Positions 47,134-57,943 of a DNA stretch of 64,000 nucleotides are shown one piece after another. The position numbers were made by a program, and so were the translations under genes. Under the pieces are notes generated by a model, which saw only the letters and a list, made by a program, of their open reading frames with translations, did no database searches and had not been told where the DNA came from. The first letter of the stretch is position 1. Every line of letters begins with the position of its first letter. This stretch comes from Nitrospirota bacterium (GTDB taxonomy: Bacteria > Nitrospirota > Thermodesulfovibrionia > Thermodesulfovibrionales > Dissulfurispiraceae), in contig JBFMCP010000002.1 of NCBI GenBank assembly GCA_040754455.1, positions 96,001-160,000 of the forward strand, given 5' to 3'.

Positions 47134-47559
47134 ATGAAGGTCAAGGATGTACTGAAGGACAAAGGGCTCGAGGTGATTGCCATTGACAGCAGCGCAACCG
47201 TTGATTCGGCGATTAGAAAGATGGTCGAGAGGAACATAGGCGCTCTCCTTATTATGGAGGACGGAAAGCTCGTCGGCATGTTTACCGAGCGCGACGTGCT
47301 CAAGGGCCTGGCCGATCACGGCTCGATCAATAAGCTTGCGGTAAAGGATGTCATGATCAAGAATATCTGCGTTGTCGAGCCCGATGACGACCTCGAATAC
47401 GTCATGACGATTATGACCAAAAAGAGAATACGCCACCTTCCGGTCATTGAGCAGGGCAAGATGGTCGGACTGATCTCAATACGTGACGCCGTCAAATACC
47501 ATGTCGGGAACCTCGAAGCAGAGGTCCGTTATCTCAAAGATTACATGTTCAGTTCCTAG
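47134..47559 (+). CDS. CBS-domain protein
   Basis: GMFTERD, IRHLPV, GLISIRD. Confidence 0.9.
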   Translation: MKVKDVLKDKGLEVIAIDSSATVDSAIRKMVERNIGALLIMEDGKLVGMFTERDVLKGLADHGSINKLAVKDVMIKNICVVEPDDDLEYVMTIMTKKRIRHLPVIEQGKMVGLISIRDAVKYHVGNLEAEVRYLKDYMFSS

Positions 47560-47586
47560 TACATTCCTTTAACTGAGGTAAGTGGA

Positions 47587-47614
47587 GCGCCTCTCTTCTC
47601 CGGGAGAGGCGCTT
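47587..47614 (+). terminator. Hairpin after the CBS gene
   Basis: AGCGCCTCTC...GAGAGGCGCT; weak U-tract. Confidence 0.5.
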
Positions 47615-47767
47615 AAGTAAACACTGTGGCAAGGGAGGTGATCCAGGGGCAAGGTTGAGGCGTAGGCAGTTGATCGAAGTTGAAAGTTAAGAGGCTTTTA
47701 TCTGTGTGGGATGGTTTTTTGATAACGGAGAGGTCGTAGAAATTATATTATAAGGAGGAGAGAGTAG

Positions 47768-49834
47768 ATGAGTCCAATAATTCTCTTTGCCCTTGCGTGC
47801 GGTGGTCTGGGGGTGCTTTACGCCCTCTATACCGCAGCGTGGGTATCCAAGCAGGACGCTGGAACTCAGCGTATGCAGCAGATCTCTAATGCAGTAAAAG
47901 AGGGAGCAACTGCGTTTCTTGCCCGTGAGTACAAGACCGTTGCCATAGTGGCGATCGTTCTTTTCATCGTGATCTTTGCGCTCCTCGGTTCGTGGACGGC
48001 AATAGGCTTTTTGATCGGAACCGTCGGTTCTGCCCTTGCAGGATACATCGGCATGATGGTGACCGTCCGTGCAAATGTGCGTACAACCCAGGCTGCATCG
48101 AAGGGACTCCAGAACGCGCTCACCCTTTCCTTTAAGGGCGGCTCGGTGACCGGCCTTATGGTGGTCGGCCTCGGTATTCTCGGCATCGCGGGCTACTTTG
48201 CGGCGGCCAAAAGCATGGCTGGTGAGGAGGCATTCCATGCCCTCGTCGGTCTCGGTTTCGGCTGCTCTCTCATGTCTGTTTTTGCACGTATCGCCGGCGG
48301 TATTTACACCAAAGCGGCTGACGTCGGCGCAGACCTCGTCGGCAAGGTTGAGGCAGGCATTCCTGAAGACGACCCGAGAAACCCTGCTGTTATTGCCGAC
48401 AACGTTGGTGACAACGTCGGCGACTGCGCAGGAATGGCAGCAGACCTGTATGAAACCTACACGGTTACACTGGTTGCCGCGATGCTGCTGGCAAAGTCGG
48501 TGTTCGGCGCTGAAAGCCCGTGGGTCGAGTTCCCGCTCCTGCTGGGCGGCGTCTCGATTATCGCATCGGTTATCGGTACCTTTTTTGTCAAGCTCGGCGC
48601 GAAGCAGTACATTATGGGTGCGCTGTATAAAGGCCTCGCGGTCTCCGGTGTACTTGCCGCGATCGCATTCTATGGAGTAACACAGTGGTTTATGGGACAG
48701 CTCGGCGGCGATACGGGTGGATTCACTCCAATGAGCGTCTTCGGCACGGCCGTCATCGGCCTTGCCCTGACTGGCCTTATCGTCTGGATTACGGAATACT
48801 ATACTGCCAAGGAGTACAGACCCGTGAAGACGATCGCCAAGGCGAGCCTCACCGGCCATGGCACGAACGTTATTGCAGGTCTTGCGATGAGCATGGAGGC
48901 GACCGCGCTCCCGGCACTCGTGATCGTCGGTGCGATACTCGGCGCCTACTATCTGGGAGGAGGCTTCAGTGACAACGTCGGCGGAGGCCTTTTTGCGATC
49001 GCTCTTTCCGCTGTTTCGATGCTCTCGATGACCGGTATTGTCGTGGCTATCGACTCCTACGGTCCTATTACCGACAACGCAGGCGGTATCGCTGAGATGG
49101 CTGAGCTCCCCTCCGCTGTCAGAGATGTCACTGACCCGCTCGATGCAGTCGGCAACACCACTAAGGCCGTTACCAAGGGCTATGCTATCGGCTCTGCCGG
49201 TCTCGCAGCGCTGGTTCTCTTTGCGGAGTACTCTCGAGAGCTTGTGAAAAAAATGGGCGGCGTTACCTTCGATCTCTCCGACCCCTATGTCATCGCCGGC
49301 CTCTTTATCGGCGGTCTTATTCCGTACTACTTCGGCGGCAGGCTCATGCTTGCGGTCGGTAAGGCTGCGGGAGGCGTCGTACAGGAGGTCCGCAGACAGT
49401 TCCGCGAGATCAAGGGAATCATGGAAGGCACCGGCAAGCCGGAATACGGTAAGTGCGTTGATATCGTCACCAAGTCTGCCATCAGGGAGATGATGGTGCC
49501 TGCCCTCATTCCTGTCGCAGCTCCTATTCTTGTCGGTTTTGTCCTTGGGCCTAAGGCGCTCGGCGGCGTGCTTATCGGAAGCATTCTGACCGGCCTTTTC
49601 CAGGCGATCGCCATGACCAGCGGCGGCGGCGCCTGGGACAACGCCAAGAAATCCTTTGAGGATGGCGTTACTGATGAGAAGGGCGTCATGCATAAGAAGG
49701 GAAGCGATGGACACAAAGCCTCTGTTACCGGTGATACCGTCGGCGACCCCTACAAGGACACCGCAGGTCCGGCGATCAACCCGATGATCAAGGTCATCAA
49801 CATCGTGGCCCTGCTGATCGTTCCGTTACTATAG
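47768..49834 (+). CDS. hppA: Membrane H+-translocating pyrophosphatase (K+-independent signature)
   Basis: [26 protein letters not shown] (Lys variant). Confidence 0.95.
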   Translation: MSPIILFALACGGLGVLYALYTAAWVSKQDAGTQRMQQISNAVKEGATAFLAREYKTVAIVAIVLFIVIFALLGSWTAIGFLIGTVGSALAGYIGMMVTVRANVRTTQAASKGLQNALTLSFKGGSVTGLMVVGLGILGIAGYFAAAKSMAGEEAFHALVGLGFGCSLMSVFARIAGGIYTKAADVGADLVGKVEAGIPEDDPRNPAVIADNVGDNVGDCAGMAADLYETYTVTLVAAMLLAKSVFGAESPWVEFPLLLGGVSIIASVIGTFFVKLGAKQYIMGALYKGLAVSGVLAAIAFYGVTQWFMGQLGGDTGGFTPMSVFGTAVIGLALTGLIVWITEYYTAKEYRPVKTIAKASLTGHGTNVIAGLAMSMEATALPALVIVGAILGAYYLGGGFSDNVGGGLFAIALSAVSMLSMTGIVVAIDSYGPITDNAGGIAEMAELPSAVRDVTDPLDAVGNTTKAVTKGYAIGSAGLAALVLFAEYSRELVKKMGGVTFDLSDPYVIAGLFIGGLIPYYFGGRLMLAVGKAAGGVVQEVRRQFREIKGIMEGTGKPEYGKCVDIVTKSAIREMMVPALIPVAAPILVGFVLGPKALGGVLIGSILTGLFQAIAMTSGGGAWDNAKKSFEDGVTDEKGVMHKKGSDGHKASVTGDTVGDPYKDTAGPAINPMIKVINIVALLIVPLL

Positions 49835-49844
49835 TAGTTGGTAT

Positions 49845-49889
49845 AAAGGCAAAAGGCTGGCAGGGTATCTTGCCGGCCTTTTGTCTTTT
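49845..49889 (+). terminator. Intrinsic terminator after hppA
   Basis: AAAAGGCTGGCA...TGCCGGCCTTTTGTCTTTT. Confidence 0.75.
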
Positions 49890-50066
49890 CCGGTAAGAGT
49901 AGATATTCCTTTGTTCTCGGCTACTCGACCTCTGTAAGCTGCACCGGTTGGCAAAGGGTATTTGATTTCATAAAGATTTCCGCTACACCGCCCTCAAGAT
50001 TGATCTTGCCAAAGCACTTTTATATTTAGTAAAATATAGTTTAATTCTAAAGCAGGAGGTTGTGCC

Positions 50067-50267
50067 GTGAAAGAGGGTATTCATCCGAAATATAAAGAGG
50101 CGAAGGTCGTTTGCGCATGCGGCGAGTCGTTTACCACGAGATCAACGCAGGATGTCATCCGTGTCGATATCTGTTCGAAGTGCCACCCCTTCTTCACCGG
50201 TAAGCAGAAGCTGGTAGACGCAGAGGGAAGGGTTGAGAAATTCAGGAAGAAATACGCAAAGAAATAG
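50067..50267 (+). CDS. rpmE: 50S ribosomal protein L31 (Zn-binding type)
   Basis: [18 protein letters not shown]. Confidence 0.97.
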   Translation: MKEGIHPKYKEAKVVCACGESFTTRSTQDVIRVDICSKCHPFFTGKQKLVDAEGRVEKFRKKYAKK

Positions 50268-50346
50268 CGTACCATAGATCAGGGTTAGCAGCGTTGGCAG
50301 TATATCGCTCTAACCCTTTTTTATTGAATAAAAGGGCTGGTAACGA

Positions 50347-51240
50347 ATGAAGAATATAGGTGGCCAGGCGGTTATCGAAGGGGTCATGATGAAGGCCCCC
50401 GGCGGGTGGAGCGTTGCGGTCAGGGGACCTCGGGGGGATATCGCGCTTAAAACCGTCCGGACGAAAGCCCCTGCTGGATTTTTGAAGCTGCCCCTTGTCA
50501 GAGGGGTGATTGCCCTTGGGCAGGCCCTCTCTATCGGGATCAAGGCAATCGAGTTCTCCGGCGCTATTGCCTATCAGGAGGAGAAGGGCGAGAAGCCCCT
50601 CAGTCCGCTGAGCATGGGGCTATCAATCGGCACGGCGATCCTTCTTGCCGCTGCATTGTTTGTTGTCCTCCCGCTCTTTTTGACAAAACTGACGGCTAAT
50701 GTCGTACAGAGTGTTTCGACCAACTCGCTGCTCTTCAACCTCGTCGACGGCGTGATCCGGGTTGCCGTATTCCTGCTCTATGTCTTTAGCATCGGCCTCT
50801 GGAAGGAAATGAGAAGAATTTACGAATACCACGGTGCCGAGCACAAGGTCATTTATGCCTATGAGGCCGGCGAGGAGCTCACTGTCGAGAATGCGAAAAA
50901 GTACAAGCCGTATCATCCCCGCTGCGGGACGAGCTTCCTTCTGATCGTCATGGTGATAAGTATCCTCGTATTTTCATTTATTCCGCAATCATGGTCGTTT
51001 CTTGCAAAGGCACTTTCCCGGCTTGTCTTGATACCCGCCATAGCAGGCATCTCTTACGAAATACTGAGGCTCTCGGCACGGCTGAAGGATAATCCGATCA
51101 TGGGAGTGATGGTGCTTCCCGGTCTGCTGCTGCAGCGGCTGACGGTACGAGAGCCCGATAACGCGCAGATCGAGGTGGCGCTCACCGCCATGAGTGAAGT
51201 CTTGAAATTGGAGTCCGGAGAGGGTTGCAGGCAATGTTAG
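50347..51240 (+). CDS. DUF1385 (YqhQ-like) membrane protein
   Basis: [26 protein letters not shown]. Confidence 0.9.
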   Translation: MKNIGGQAVIEGVMMKAPGGWSVAVRGPRGDIALKTVRTKAPAGFLKLPLVRGVIALGQALSIGIKAIEFSGAIAYQEEKGEKPLSPLSMGLSIGTAILLAAALFVVLPLFLTKLTANVVQSVSTNSLLFNLVDGVIRVAVFLLYVFSIGLWKEMRRIYEYHGAEHKVIYAYEAGEELTVENAKKYKPYHPRCGTSFLLIVMVISILVFSFIPQSWSFLAKALSRLVLIPAIAGISYEILRLSARLKDNPIMGVMVLPGLLLQRLTVREPDNAQIEVALTAMSEVLKLESGEGCRQC

Positions 51241-52295
51241 AGAAGTTGTTGGCAATAGAGGAAAAGTACGACGAGATCACCAATGCGTTGGCGAATCCTG
51301 ATGTGCTCTCCAATGCGCAGGCCTACCAGAAGTATTCGAGAGAGCAGGCAGAGCTGATGCCGATCGTCGAAAAGATCAAGGAGTATAAAAAGCTGCTTTT
51401 GGATATGGAAGGCGCTGAGGAGCTGATCAGGAGCGGGGACGGCGACTTCAGGGAGCTTGCGCAGGAAGAGCTCGATGAGCTGAAGAAAAGAAAGCCGCTT
51501 CTCGAAGAAGAGCTCAAGATCATGCTGCTGCCGAAGGACCCGCGCGACGAAAGGAACGTCATCCTCGAGATCAGGGCAGGCACCGGAGGGGAGGAGGCTG
51601 CACTCTTCGGGGCGAGTCTCTTCAGGATGTACTCAAAATATGCGGAAGCGCACCGATGGAAGATCGAGGTGATCGACTCGAATCCGACCGGGCTCGGCGG
51701 GTTGAAAGAGATCATCGCCAGTATCACCGGGAAAGGTGCCTACAGCAGGTTGAAATACGAAAGCGGCGTGCACCGCGTGCAGCGTGTTCCTGTTACTGAA
51801 GCATCGGGACGAATTCATACCTCGGCTGCCACCGTGGCGGTCCTTCCCGAGGCAGAAGAGGTGGATATCAAAGTGGAGGAGAAGGATCTGAGAATCGACA
51901 CCTTCTGCTCTTCGGGTGCCGGCGGCCAGAGCGTCAATACGACCTACTCCGCGGTGAGGATCACGCATATACCGACAGGCCTGGTCGTGCAGTGCCAGGA
52001 CGAGCGCTCCCAGCTGAAGAACCGTGAGAAGGCCATGAAGGTGCTCCGCTCGCGACTTCTGGAGCTGGAGATCGAAAAGAAGGAGAAAGAGCGTGCTGCG
52101 GACAGGAAGACGCAGGTTGGTTCCGGTGACCGGAGCGAGCGGATAAGGACCTACAACTATCCCCAGAACCGTGTTACCGACCATAGGATAGGACTCACCC
52201 TCCATAAGCTGGAACAGGTCCTGGAAGGTGATCTGGATGATATCATCGATGGGCTGATCACCCACTACCAGGCCGAGCGGCTCAAAGAACTGTAA
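51234..52295 (+). CDS. prfA: Peptide chain release factor 1
   Basis: PVT tripeptide, [14 protein letters not shown]. Confidence 0.97.
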   Translation: MLEKLLAIEEKYDEITNALANPDVLSNAQAYQKYSREQAELMPIVEKIKEYKKLLLDMEGAEELIRSGDGDFRELAQEELDELKKRKPLLEEELKIMLLPKDPRDERNVILEIRAGTGGEEAALFGASLFRMYSKYAEAHRWKIEVIDSNPTGLGGLKEIIASITGKGAYSRLKYESGVHRVQRVPVTEASGRIHTSAATVAVLPEAEEVDIKVEEKDLRIDTFCSSGAGGQSVNTTYSAVRITHIPTGLVVQCQDERSQLKNREKAMKVLRSRLLELEIEKKEKERAADRKTQVGSGDRSERIRTYNYPQNRVTDHRIGLTLHKLEQVLEGDLDDIIDGLITHYQAERLKEL

Positions 52296-52302
52296 GACGT
52301 CG

Positions 52303-52425
52303 CAAATTCCAAATACGAAGCACTAAATCCTCAACAATATCAAAATTCAAATGATCAAATAATTCTGGTTTTGGACATTGGAGTTTCGTAATTGTTTAGA
52401 ATTTAGATATTAGAATTTAGAGTTT
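52303..52425. repeat. Inverted pair of ~55-nt heptamer-based elements
   Basis: 52303-52359 and 52369-52425 are imperfect reverse complements; related copies at 30922-30979 and 53936-53976. Confidence 0.7.
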
Positions 52426-52429
52426 ACCC

Positions 52430-53281
52430 ATGAATGCCCTTCAGAAAATGAGACATATCTCGGCCATCCTTGAAAAGAACGGGATTGAGGATGCAGCGGC
52501 GGAAGCGGAAATGCTCCTGGCTGAGGCGCTCCATATCAGCAAGGCGCGGCTGTATGCCGATACACCGGATATCCCTGAAGGCGCCGCTGTGCTGATCGAC
52601 GACTGTGTTTCTCGGCGAGTTCGGGGAGAGCCGCTTCAGTACATCATCGGTTATGTCGAATTTTTTGGATTGAGAATCAATGTGGGCAGAGGCGCTCTTA
52701 TTCCGAGGCCCGAAACAGAGCTGCTCGTCGAGGAAGCGATAAAACTCCTGAAGCGATTCACGATTCACGATTCACGGCTCACGGTTCTTGATTTGTGTAC
52801 CGGCAGCGGATGCATCGCCCTTGCCCTTGCACAGCATTTCCCCGATGCCGATGTGTATGGGGTCGACCAGTCTGAAGCAGCGTTGGTGTACGCGACGCAA
52901 AATGCACTCGAGAATAATATCAGGAACGTTCATTTCAAACTGGGCGACCTCTTTGAGCCTGTCCGCTCCCTGCACGTTGATTGCATTGTTTCCAATCCCC
53001 CCTATATCAGAAGAGATGAGATAACAACGCTGCAGCGTGAGGTAAAGGAGTATGAGCCGCTTGAAGCCCTCGACGGAGGTCCGGACGGGCTCGACTTCTA
53101 CCGGAGAATACTTGGGCAAGCACCCAAGCACCTTAGGAAAAATGGCATAATTATACTTGAGATGGGATTTGGTCAGGCACGAGATATCGAAGCGATAGCA
53201 ATAAAAGCGGGAATGGGCGATATCGAAATAATAAGAGACTATGCGGGAATCGAGAGAATATTTGTGGGAAGACGCCTGTAA
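52430..53281 (+). CDS. prmC: Release factor glutamine methyltransferase
   Basis: LIPRPETE, DLCTGSG, NPPY. Confidence 0.96.
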   Translation: MNALQKMRHISAILEKNGIEDAAAEAEMLLAEALHISKARLYADTPDIPEGAAVLIDDCVSRRVRGEPLQYIIGYVEFFGLRINVGRGALIPRPETELLVEEAIKLLKRFTIHDSRLTVLDLCTGSGCIALALAQHFPDADVYGVDQSEAALVYATQNALENNIRNVHFKLGDLFEPVRSLHVDCIVSNPPYIRRDEITTLQREVKEYEPLEALDGGPDGLDFYRRILGQAPKHLRKNGIIILEMGFGQARDIEAIAIKAGMGDIEIIRDYAGIERIFVGRRL

Positions 53282-53287
53282 GGAGAG

Positions 53288-53944
53288 ATGATGGAATTCA
53301 TTGCCACCTTTATTGATATTTTCACGCACCTGGACAAACACCTGAGCATGGTGATACAGCAGTACGGCACTTTGACCTACGTCATCCTTTTCCTCATCAT
53401 TTATTGTGAAACGGGATTGGTCGTTACACCATTTCTGCCCGGAGATTCGCTGCTTTTCGCCGCGGGCACCTTTGCCGCCCTCGGCGCACTGGATGTCAGC
53501 TGGCTCTTCGGTCTCCTCGTTGTTGCCGCCTTGGCGGGGAATACGACGAACTACTGGATCGGCCATTTTATCGGACCGAAGATATTCCGCAAAGAGGACG
53601 TGCGCTTTCTGAATAGGAAACATCTCGAACGCACGCATCACTTCTATGAGAAGTACGGCGGAAAGACGATCATCATCGCCCGCTTTGTTCCGATCGTCCG
53701 TACCTTTGCTCCTTTTGTCGCCGGTATCGGCAGGATGACCTACACCCGGTTTATCAGCTACGATGTCTTTGGAAGCACCGCGTGGATCGGTGTGTGCGTT
53801 TTTGCAGGATATTTTTTCGGCAACATTCCCGTGATCAAGCAGAACTTTTCTCTCGCGATCCTCGGTGTTATTTTTATCTCGATCATGCCCGGTCTCATTG
53901 AGTTGCTGCGACATCGCTTCCATACCGCACATCCGAAATCCTAA
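53288..53944 (+). CDS. DedA family protein
   Basis: ETGLVVTPFLPGDSLLF, RFVPIVRTFAPF. Confidence 0.93.
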   Translation: MMEFIATFIDIFTHLDKHLSMVIQQYGTLTYVILFLIIYCETGLVVTPFLPGDSLLFAAGTFAALGALDVSWLFGLLVVAALAGNTTNYWIGHFIGPKIFRKEDVRFLNRKHLERTHHFYEKYGGKTIIIARFVPIVRTFAPFVAGIGRMTYTRFISYDVFGSTAWIGVCVFAGYFFGNIPVIKQNFSLAILGVIFISIMPGLIELLRHRFHTAHPKS

Positions 53945-53994
53945 GCACCGAGTCCTCAACAAATCCAAAATCCGAACTGATATAATACAGAGCT

Positions 53995-55593
53995 ATGAGC
54001 GCGAAAGGCAGAATTGCACGAGCAGCAGGGCTGATGTCCATTGCCACGTTCATCAGCCGCATACTCGGCTACGTCAAAGACATGATCCTCGCCGGAATTT
54101 TCGGTGCCACCGGCATTGCCGATGCCTTCTTCGTCGCTTTCAGGATTCCTAATCTTCTGCGCGAGCTCTTTGCCGAAGGCTCGATGTCCTCGGCGTTTAT
54201 CCCCGTCCTGACGGAATACCAGACAAAGCAGGGTCACGAGGCGGCGAACAGACTTGTCAGCTCTGTGTTCCTTTTTATCGTCCTCTTTGTCGGACTTCTG
54301 TGTGTACTCGGAATTACTTTTGCCCCTGCAATTGTTACGGCTATTGCGCCGGGGTTCCTGGATGATCCGGGCAAATTTTCGGTCGCCGTCATGCTGACCA
54401 GAATTATGTTCCCCTTTCTCCTGTTTATCAGCCTTGCTGCCCTCACCATGGGGGCTCTTAATACGAGGAAGGTATTCTTTATCCCCGCGTTGGCTCCGGC
54501 CGCGCTCAATGTTGTTATTATCGTTTGTGTACTAGTGCTGACGGGGTATTTTGCAAATCCGATTGTTGCGGTTGCTGTCGGCGTTGCCGCGGGGGGTCTT
54601 GTGCAGTTTCTCTTTCAGGTGCCTTCCTTTTTAAGACAGGGATATTCTTTTCTCCCACACGATCGATCAGTAAAGACCCTTGTTGCACTTCTGCAACATC
54701 CGGGATTGAAACGCATCGGCGTACTCGTCATCCCGGCAACTGCGGGTCTTGCCGTCAACCAGATCAATATATTCATAAGCACTGTTCTCGCATCGTATCT
54801 TCCGGAAGGGAGTATTACCTATCTTTATTATTCGATGCGGCTCGTCCAGTTTCCGATCGGTATCTTCGGTGTTGCCATGGGAATGGCGGTGCTGCCCGCC
54901 CTCTCGGAGCATTCGGTCCGCGGGGAAATGGACAAGCTGAAGGAGGATTTCTCCTTCGCTCTCCGCCTCCTGTTCTTCATTACCGTTCCGGCCATGGCCG
55001 GCCTCATCGCCCTCAAGGTTCCTATTGTTGCCACGCTCTTCCAGCGGGGGAAGTTCGGACCTGCAGCGACAGAGGCCACTGCCGATGCGCTCATGTTCTA
55101 TGCCCTCGGCATCTGGGCCATTGTCGGGGTCAGGACGATTGCGGCGACCTTCTATTCCGTACAGGACACGCGGACACCGGTAAAGATCGCTGCAGCGGCG
55201 ATGCTTGTCAATATAGGATTGAGCCTTTTGCTCATGGGGCCGATGCGGCACAGCGGACTTGCCCTTGCAAATGCTCTTGCCGCAGGAGTTAACTTTTCAT
55301 TGCTCTTTGTTTTGCTGCGCAGGAAGCTTGGCGGCGTAGGGACAAGGAGAATAGCGATATCCTTTGCAAAAACGCTGCTTGCCTCGCTGCTCATGGGGGG
55401 AGCGGGGTGGGTTGCCTCGCAGGGCGGAATATGGATGTCGAGCGGCAACGGACTCGATAAAGCTGCATATCTTGGCGGCCTCATGGCGCTCTGTGCGGTG
55501 CTGTATTTTGCCGTCACCTATTTGCTAAAAAGCGAAGAAATGGGGTATATCATAGAGAGGTGGAAAGGCAGAAAGAGAAAGGAGCATCGATGA
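53995..55593 (+). CDS. murJ: Lipid II flippase MurJ
   Basis: SRILG, AFRIPNLLRELFAEG, DTRTPVK. Confidence 0.95.
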   Translation: MSAKGRIARAAGLMSIATFISRILGYVKDMILAGIFGATGIADAFFVAFRIPNLLRELFAEGSMSSAFIPVLTEYQTKQGHEAANRLVSSVFLFIVLFVGLLCVLGITFAPAIVTAIAPGFLDDPGKFSVAVMLTRIMFPFLLFISLAALTMGALNTRKVFFIPALAPAALNVVIIVCVLVLTGYFANPIVAVAVGVAAGGLVQFLFQVPSFLRQGYSFLPHDRSVKTLVALLQHPGLKRIGVLVIPATAGLAVNQINIFISTVLASYLPEGSITYLYYSMRLVQFPIGIFGVAMGMAVLPALSEHSVRGEMDKLKEDFSFALRLLFFITVPAMAGLIALKVPIVATLFQRGKFGPAATEATADALMFYALGIWAIVGVRTIAATFYSVQDTRTPVKIAAAAMLVNIGLSLLLMGPMRHSGLALANALAAGVNFSLLFVLLRRKLGGVGTRRIAISFAKTLLASLLMGGAGWVASQGGIWMSSGNGLDKAAYLGGLMALCAVLYFAVTYLLKSEEMGYIIERWKGRKRKEHR

Positions 55594-56219
55594 TCATCAA
55601 GACTGTGGTGGTGGGACCCCTTCAGGCGAACTGCATCATCATTGCGGATAAGGAATCCGGGAAGGCTATGGTGGTCGATCCCGGTGATGAGCCTGATAGA
55701 ATTCTGGATAGTATTAAAGAAAACAATTTAACCGTTGAATATATTGTCTGCACCCACGGCCACTTTGATCATGTGGGAGCGGTCCCCGAGCTTAAAAAAG
55801 AGACAGGAGCACCGGTGGTGATCCACAAGGATGAGTTGGTGATCTACAACGGTGCCAAAGATATGGCTGCCTTCTGGGGAGCTGAAATCGATCCCTTGCC
55901 GGAGCCGGATATCCTTGCAAAAGAGGGCGATATCCTTACCATCGGCACACTGCGCTTTGAGGTCTTTCATTCCCCCGGCCACAGCCCTGGCGGCATCTGT
56001 CTCTATCGGGAGGGGACGGTTATGACGGGAGATACCCTGTTTGCCGGGTCCATAGGGAGGACCGACTTCTACGGCGGCGATATCATAAAAATCAAAAAGT
56101 CTTTCCAGCGATTAATGGCGCTGCCCGATGCTACCAGAGTCTTCCCCGGCCACGGCCCTGCGACCACTATTGGCCGAGAGAAAAGGGAGAACATGTTTTC
56201 AGCAGAATTCCTTACATGA
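55590..56219 (+). CDS. MBL-fold metallo-hydrolase
   Basis: THGHFDH, PGHSPG, GDTLF, PGHG. Confidence 0.92.
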   Translation: MIIKTVVVGPLQANCIIIADKESGKAMVVDPGDEPDRILDSIKENNLTVEYIVCTHGHFDHVGAVPELKKETGAPVVIHKDELVIYNGAKDMAAFWGAEIDPLPEPDILAKEGDILTIGTLRFEVFHSPGHSPGGICLYREGTVMTGDTLFAGSIGRTDFYGGDIIKIKKSFQRLMALPDATRVFPGHGPATTIGREKRENMFSAEFLT

Positions 56220-57943
56220 GACGTCGGATTACAAAAGTAAGAATCCAGGATACAGAATCCAGAATCCAGAATAAAAAACAGAGACAACAGAATCGCTGGC
56301 TTTACATCTTTCTCTTCTGGCTCCTGGCTCCCGGCATCTGGCTCCTGGCCTGTTCCGGCCAAAACACCTCTACTGATAACGCCCCCGGTAAAGGCACTGC
56401 TCCTCGGCCCGCTCTGAATGCCGCTCCGATTATTCTTTCCATCCTGCCGGTGGAGAGCGCGGGCGCTATGTATAAGCGATTCCTGCCGTTGAAGTATTAT
56501 CTTGAGCGGTCATTGAATGTGCCTGTTGTTATACGAATCGCCAAGGATTATGAGTCCGCCATCAACGAGCTGGGAAGCGGACAGGTCCATATGGCCTATC
56601 TTGACCCGGCTGCATACTGCGAAGTCAGAGCGCGCTATCGCGGCAAGGTCACTCCATTGGTAAGAGCGGTTGCAAAGGAGAACACATCATCGCGCAGCGT
56701 GCTTGTTGCAAAAAGCGGGACGGCGATCGAGAAGATCGTTGACGTGAGGGAAAAGCGACTTGCCTTCGGGAGCCGTCAGTCCTCATTCAGTTATCTTATA
56801 CCGCTCGCCATGCTGAATGATGTTGGTATCGGCATTGAGGACCTTGCTTCTGTCGACTATCTTGAGCAGGAGGACAGGGTTGCCCTGTCCGTCCTTGTCG
56901 GAAATCATGAGGTAGGGGCCATGAGCGAGCTGGTAGCGGCAAAGTATATCGACGACGGGTTGAGGATTATCAAACGGTCGGAGATTGTCCCTCAGTTTGT
57001 CCTCTGTTCCTCGATCGGCCTTTCACCGGAGCAGAGGAACGGGATTGTCAAGAACCTTACTTCGGCGCACGGCAGAGAAACCCTCTCGGCGATTGATAAA
57101 GATATGGAGTTTGTCGCTGCTGAGGACAGGGACTTTGATGTCATAAGGGTCATGATAAAGAATCTCACCGGAAAAAACTATATAGAGTATGGGCCGAAGA
57201 CGATCAAGGTTGCCGTGCTGCCTCTCTACTCGGCGGTAACGATATACAACAAGTATGATCCCCTCATGCGTTATCTTTCTCAGTTGACGGGCTATGAGTT
57301 CAAGCTGGTAATCCCGAAGGACTTTGATGACTTTGTCGGGACCGTCAAACGAAGGGCTGTTGACTTCTCCTATCAGAACCCCTATATTTTTGCGCTCATT
57401 GACCGCGAGGTCGATATAACCCCGCTCGTCACTACGGTCGATGAATACATGGAGGCGGGAGACCGGTTCAGGGGAGTGATTATAACCCGGAGTGATAGTC
57501 CTGTAAAGGATGTGAAAGAACTGAGAAACAAGAAAGTGCTCATTACCTCACCGAAGTCGGCGGGAGGTTATCTCTCGCAGCGGCTGTTTCTCCAGCAGAT
57601 GGGCATCGATACGGAACGCGATATGAAAATCATCGATGCAAAACGTCAGGAGAAGGTTATCCTGGGAGTCTACAAGGGTGAGGCCGACGCGGGCTTTGTT
57701 CGGGAATCCGCGTTGGATGTAGTAAAAGAGGAGTTCGATATGAAGAAGATTCGGGTACTGGCCAGGACCGAGCCGCTGCCTAACTGGCCCTTTGCACTCT
57801 GCAGAGAGCTCAATCCCGCCGTGGTGCAACAGGTGAAGCGTATCCTGACCGGTCTTGACAACCCGGAGATACTCGGGCCTGCGGGAATCAAGAGGTTCAA
57901 AGTTGCTAACGAGGCTGAATTCAACGTGCTCAAGAAATATTGA
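56216..57943 (+). CDS. Lipoprotein with two tandem PhnD-like (phosphonate-binding) domains
   Basis: Lipobox LLAC; two repeats with S.S.YL.P / SAGGYL motifs. Confidence 0.8.
   Translation: MRRRITKVRIQDTESRIQNKKQRQQNRWLYIFLFWLLAPGIWLLACSGQNTSTDNAPGKGTAPRPALNAAPIILSILPVESAGAMYKRFLPLKYYLERSLNVPVVIRIAKDYESAINELGSGQVHMAYLDPAAYCEVRARYRGKVTPLVRAVAKENTSSRSVLVAKSGTAIEKIVDVREKRLAFGSRQSSFSYLIPLAMLNDVGIGIEDLASVDYLEQEDRVALSVLVGNHEVGAMSELVAAKYIDDGLRIIKRSEIVPQFVLCSSIGLSPEQRNGIVKNLTSAHGRETLSAIDKDMEFVAAEDRDFDVIRVMIKNLTGKNYIEYGPKTIKVAVLPLYSAVTIYNKYDPLMRYLSQLTGYEFKLVIPKDFDDFVGTVKRRAVDFSYQNPYIFALIDREVDITPLVTTVDEYMEAGDRFRGVIITRSDSPVKDVKELRNKKVLITSPKSAGGYLSQRLFLQQMGIDTERDMKIIDAKRQEKVILGVYKGEADAGFVRESALDVVKEEFDMKKIRVLARTEPLPNWPFALCRELNPAVVQQVKRILTGLDNPEILGPAGIKRFKVANEAEFNVLKKY

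Noticed and set aside
47560..47760. 6S or other ncRNA between the CBS gene and hppA
   Set aside because: Only one local hairpin; no long rod structure evident
47687..49714. 675-aa minus-strand ORF
   Set aside because: Antisense shadow of hppA caused by codon bias; no recognisable motifs
52303..52425. CRISPR array
   Set aside because: Period-7 degenerate repeats without unique spacers; no cas genes; no CRISPR seen anywhere in the window
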